This document shows, piece by piece, positions 60,613 through 64,000 of a stretch of DNA of 64,000 nucleotides. A program made the translations under genes and the position numbers. Position 1 is the first letter of the stretch, and the number at the start of each line of letters is the position of its first letter. Below the pieces are notes generated by a model. It was not told where the DNA came from and did no database searches. It worked only from the letters and a program-made list of their open reading frames with translations. This DNA comes from Octopus vulgaris (Eukaryota): positions 14,942,001 to 15,006,000 of the forward strand of contig OX597838.1 of the NCBI GenBank assembly GCA_951406725.2, read 5' to 3'.

Positions 60613-60968
60613 TCAAAATAAGCAACAAGAATATCTTCGGTAATTTGGTACCATCGTTTCACGCTACATCATTTTATTAAACATTGTAAGTATTACAACA
60701 GTTTTAAAATGTTGAGCAATCATCAGCCATTTATAGAGGTTTTCCATCTATAAATGGCTGATGATTGCTCAACATTTTAAAACTGCTGTAATACTTACAA
60801 TGTTTAATAAAATGATGTTGCGTGAAACGATCGTACCAAATTACCGAAGATATTCTTGTTGCTTATTTTGATTATAATCACCCCATGGATTTATATGGAT
60901 AACACCATACAAAATTCTGGTGCATCTAACTTAAGTACCATATTCATTTGAATCTAAATTTTGCTGAA

Positions 60969-60970
<2 letters not shown>
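60613..60970 (+). mobile_element. Short Penelope-like element with 125-bp inverted arms
   Basis: Arms 60613-60737 / 60747-60871 with 3 mismatches, hammerhead motif in the arm, unique tail running into (TA)n. Confidence 0.7.
60755..60838 (+). ncRNA. Hammerhead-like motif with long stem II and weak stem I
   Basis: UGG-CUGAUGA (core 60758-60764), about 60-nt self-complementary stem II, GAAA (60824-60827), C-GAUC-G-UA/CCA. Palindromic stem III ACGAUCGU; stem I only about 3 bp. Confidence 0.65.
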
Positions 60971-61028
<58 letters not shown>

Positions 61029-61031
<3 letters not shown>

Positions 61032-61182
61032 AAAGAAGAAATGTATTCCCGCGCAGGAAAAGAATACAGAATTTGTTTTGGAGTTTGGAAATGCACCTGA
61101 ACCAGAAAAACGTGTTGTTATTTTTAATAGATTTATTCACATACCAAGAGAGTTTCGACAATTTTTTTTACTTATCAATGAT

Positions 61183-61190
<8 letters not shown>
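61029..61190 (-). mobile_element. Short (TA)n-embedded repeat; same family as 62505-62615
   Basis: Shares ttgataag.aaaaaattgtcgaaact..cttggtatgtgaataaatctatt...ttcaggtgca with 62505-62615 in opposite orientation. Confidence 0.6.
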
Positions 61191-61229
<39 letters not shown>

Positions 61230-61252
61230 CAATGTGCTATAGAACAAGTCGG

Positions 61253-61730
61253 GTAGGTTAGGAGAGTTTAAATATTTTTTTATGACCAAAACATTCACGA
61301 GAAAAGAATATGACGTTATCAAAATTATAACCAATCAAAAATTAGATCCTTTTCCGTAAAAGAAGATGATATAAACGAAAAGGTTGAACCCAAAGTACTT
61401 CCAATTCCAACAAACCGTGAAATGTGAAGAGACCAGTGCAATGAGACTGAAATTATAAAAAAGAGAACTGTACGCACCGCGACAGAGACAGAAATTGTAA
61501 AAAAAAATCAAGAAAAATTTTTCTTTCTTTCCACTTTTTCCTTTTTCTTCTCCATTTATTTTATGAAAACTCAAAATGACTGAACTTTCAATAATGTACA
61601 TCTGTTATGATCTTCAGCGAACATTTACATTGATATTACTATCTATCCCTTTGAAACTCATTTGAACACTTGATGTTTTAAACACGTTTGTCCAAGTTTT
61701 ACCTTGTAATTTTAAACTCTCCTAAACACC
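61253..61730. mobile_element. TIR element (MITE) in (TA)n
   Basis: TTAGGAGAGTTTAAA / TTTAAACTCTCCTAA inverted termini. Confidence 0.55.
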
Positions 61731-61733
61731 CCT

Positions 61734-61769
<36 letters not shown>

Positions 61770-61774
<5 letters not shown>

Positions 61775-62004
61775 GAGTGTATTTTTACCTTGTTAACAAT
61801 TAACATAGAAAAAATAAATAAATAGTTACCAGGGCAGCAAAATTCTCACAAGTAAAGGTGTTGTAAGTCCTTGTTTATAAAGGTAGAAACTTCGTGTTTA
61901 CGTTGAATATTTTGAATAATATGAATAAAAAATGGAGTTAACGCAGGTGTAATCAAATCAAGTAAAGGTGTTGATTACACCTGCGTTAACTCCATTTTTT
62001 ATTC

Positions 62005-62008
<4 letters not shown>
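61770..62008 (-). mobile_element. Short element with 38-bp perfect terminal hairpin, in (TA)n
   Basis: Arms 61919-61956 / 61971-62008 with a 14-nt loop; homologous to 15521-15760. Confidence 0.65.
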
Positions 62009-62481
<473 letters not shown>

Positions 62482-62504
62482 GGTATGTATGTATTATGTA
62501 TGTA

Positions 62505-62715
<211 letters not shown>

Positions 62716-63881
62716 TTATACGTATGTATATATATATATATATCCTTTTAGTAGGAAAATGTAATATTTCCAGTATGACAGTATGCTATTGAGAATTCAG
62801 TGCAGACGGGCAGGGTATGTTCGAATTAAAGATTATCACATTGCGAAAATTATTTTCATTGCCCAACAAGCAGAGGGATACCGCGGTAAAGAAGACCCAT
62901 CCTTATGTATAAGGATGAATTGAAGAAGTCAGTAAAATCTCATCAGCTTAATTTGACATCTTGGTAAAGTTATTACCTAGGTCGATTTGCATCTGAGCAA
63001 TTTGAGTTGAAGAAACAGAACAATATAAGAATTATATCCTGCAACCAACGAACACATTTATGCAATCCCGCGCAAGATCAAAATCATCAGTGTTCCCTTT
63101 GTGACTTCACAGAAAAATCCATATCTGCACTCAAATTATATTGGCGCATCCATTGTAGACAGATACAGCTTTTATTTTCAATCCTTTTTTATCCTTTCCT
63201 TCAAACACTCATTCGTCTAAAGTGACGGGTGTGACCATCCGTTTTGTATATAATATGTGAACGAATTGTAGAATGAGCATTCTGCTCCTGTTTCTTTTAA
63301 TTTCTCTATAAAAATATTTCTAAGGAGATTCTATATTTTAAACATTTGAGCGTTACGAAAGTGTGTAAAAAGAATTTCACCAGTTCAATTTGTTTCAATT
63401 ATTTCTCTCCTTTATGTAACTCTAAACTTTATACCTTATCCCTAAGACTTAACTATCAACCTTAATCTGAAGCCCAACCCTAGCCACAAACCGAATTCTT
63501 CTCTGTGGGATTGTAAAATGTTTAAAATATCCAATTTAAGAAACATTTTTTTTAAAACAAAATGTCAACAATGGAGAATTTACTGCTGGTCGTCTAATAC
63601 GAAACCGAGAGTTTCAGAGCAAGGAAACTTTTTTCTTTAAATGGAATTTTAAACTTTTCTTTGAGAACCATAAATAAATTTCCCCAAAGAACAGACTACA
63701 AGAATGTTAGGTCTATGGCAGTTCTTATTGCAAAACAAGGTCAATGAATGTATATAGTTTAATTTATAGGATGTTCATATGAAAAATGTATTGTTTAAAA
63801 AAATCGCAGACATGGTCGTGTGAAGAATGTCACATCATAAACAAGATGCCTTCCACGTTTATTGTACTCAACACCAATGTT

Positions 63882-64000
63882 TCAAATATTGATTCGAAAT
63901 TTAGGCATCGGCCAACAATTTCGGGGGAAAAAATGGTTAAGTCGATTACGTCGACCCCAGTGCTCAACTGGTACTTATTCGATCGACCTCGAAACGATAA
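63882..64000 (-). mobile_element. SINE family A 3' part (runs off window)
   Basis: aagtcgattacgtcgaccccagtgctcaactggtactta. Confidence 0.7.

Noticed and set aside
63007-63225. C2H2-like CSLC...WRIHC in a short ORF
   Set aside because: The first His is missing, the motif is isolated and there is no exon support.
63430-63495. Telomere-like cctaac-type degenerate repeats
   Set aside because: Too short and decayed; such motifs are common inside DNA-transposon relics.

Overview
AT-rich, repeat-saturated eukaryotic DNA. The SINE families and the microsatellite density point to a coleoid cephalopod, most likely Octopus; this is inferred from family resemblance, not from a search. Nearly all ORFs in the track are microsatellite or SINE artefacts. 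I can support one real host coding exon (45836-45167, minus strand): signal peptide, coiled coil and a phase-1 GT donor, possibly the start of a fibrinogen-domain protein, with no further exon found in the 45 kb downstream. The rest consists of about 35 tRNA-derived SINE copies in 3-4 families, LINE relics (two RTE-type, one HERO-like RLE, one L1/Tx1-like), Helitron pieces, hAT-type and other MITEs, and several minisatellites. The most interesting signal is a set of short non-coding elements, mostly sitting in (TA)n tracts, that carry minimal type I hammerhead ribozyme motifs. Three fold intact (27032-27076 minus, 28923-28979 plus, 62202-62267 minus), one has a weak stem I (60755-60838), and several are variant or decayed. 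Two of them begin with a perfect or near-perfect snap-back palindrome. This looks like a diverse population of non-autonomous Penelope-like/retrozyme-type elements.
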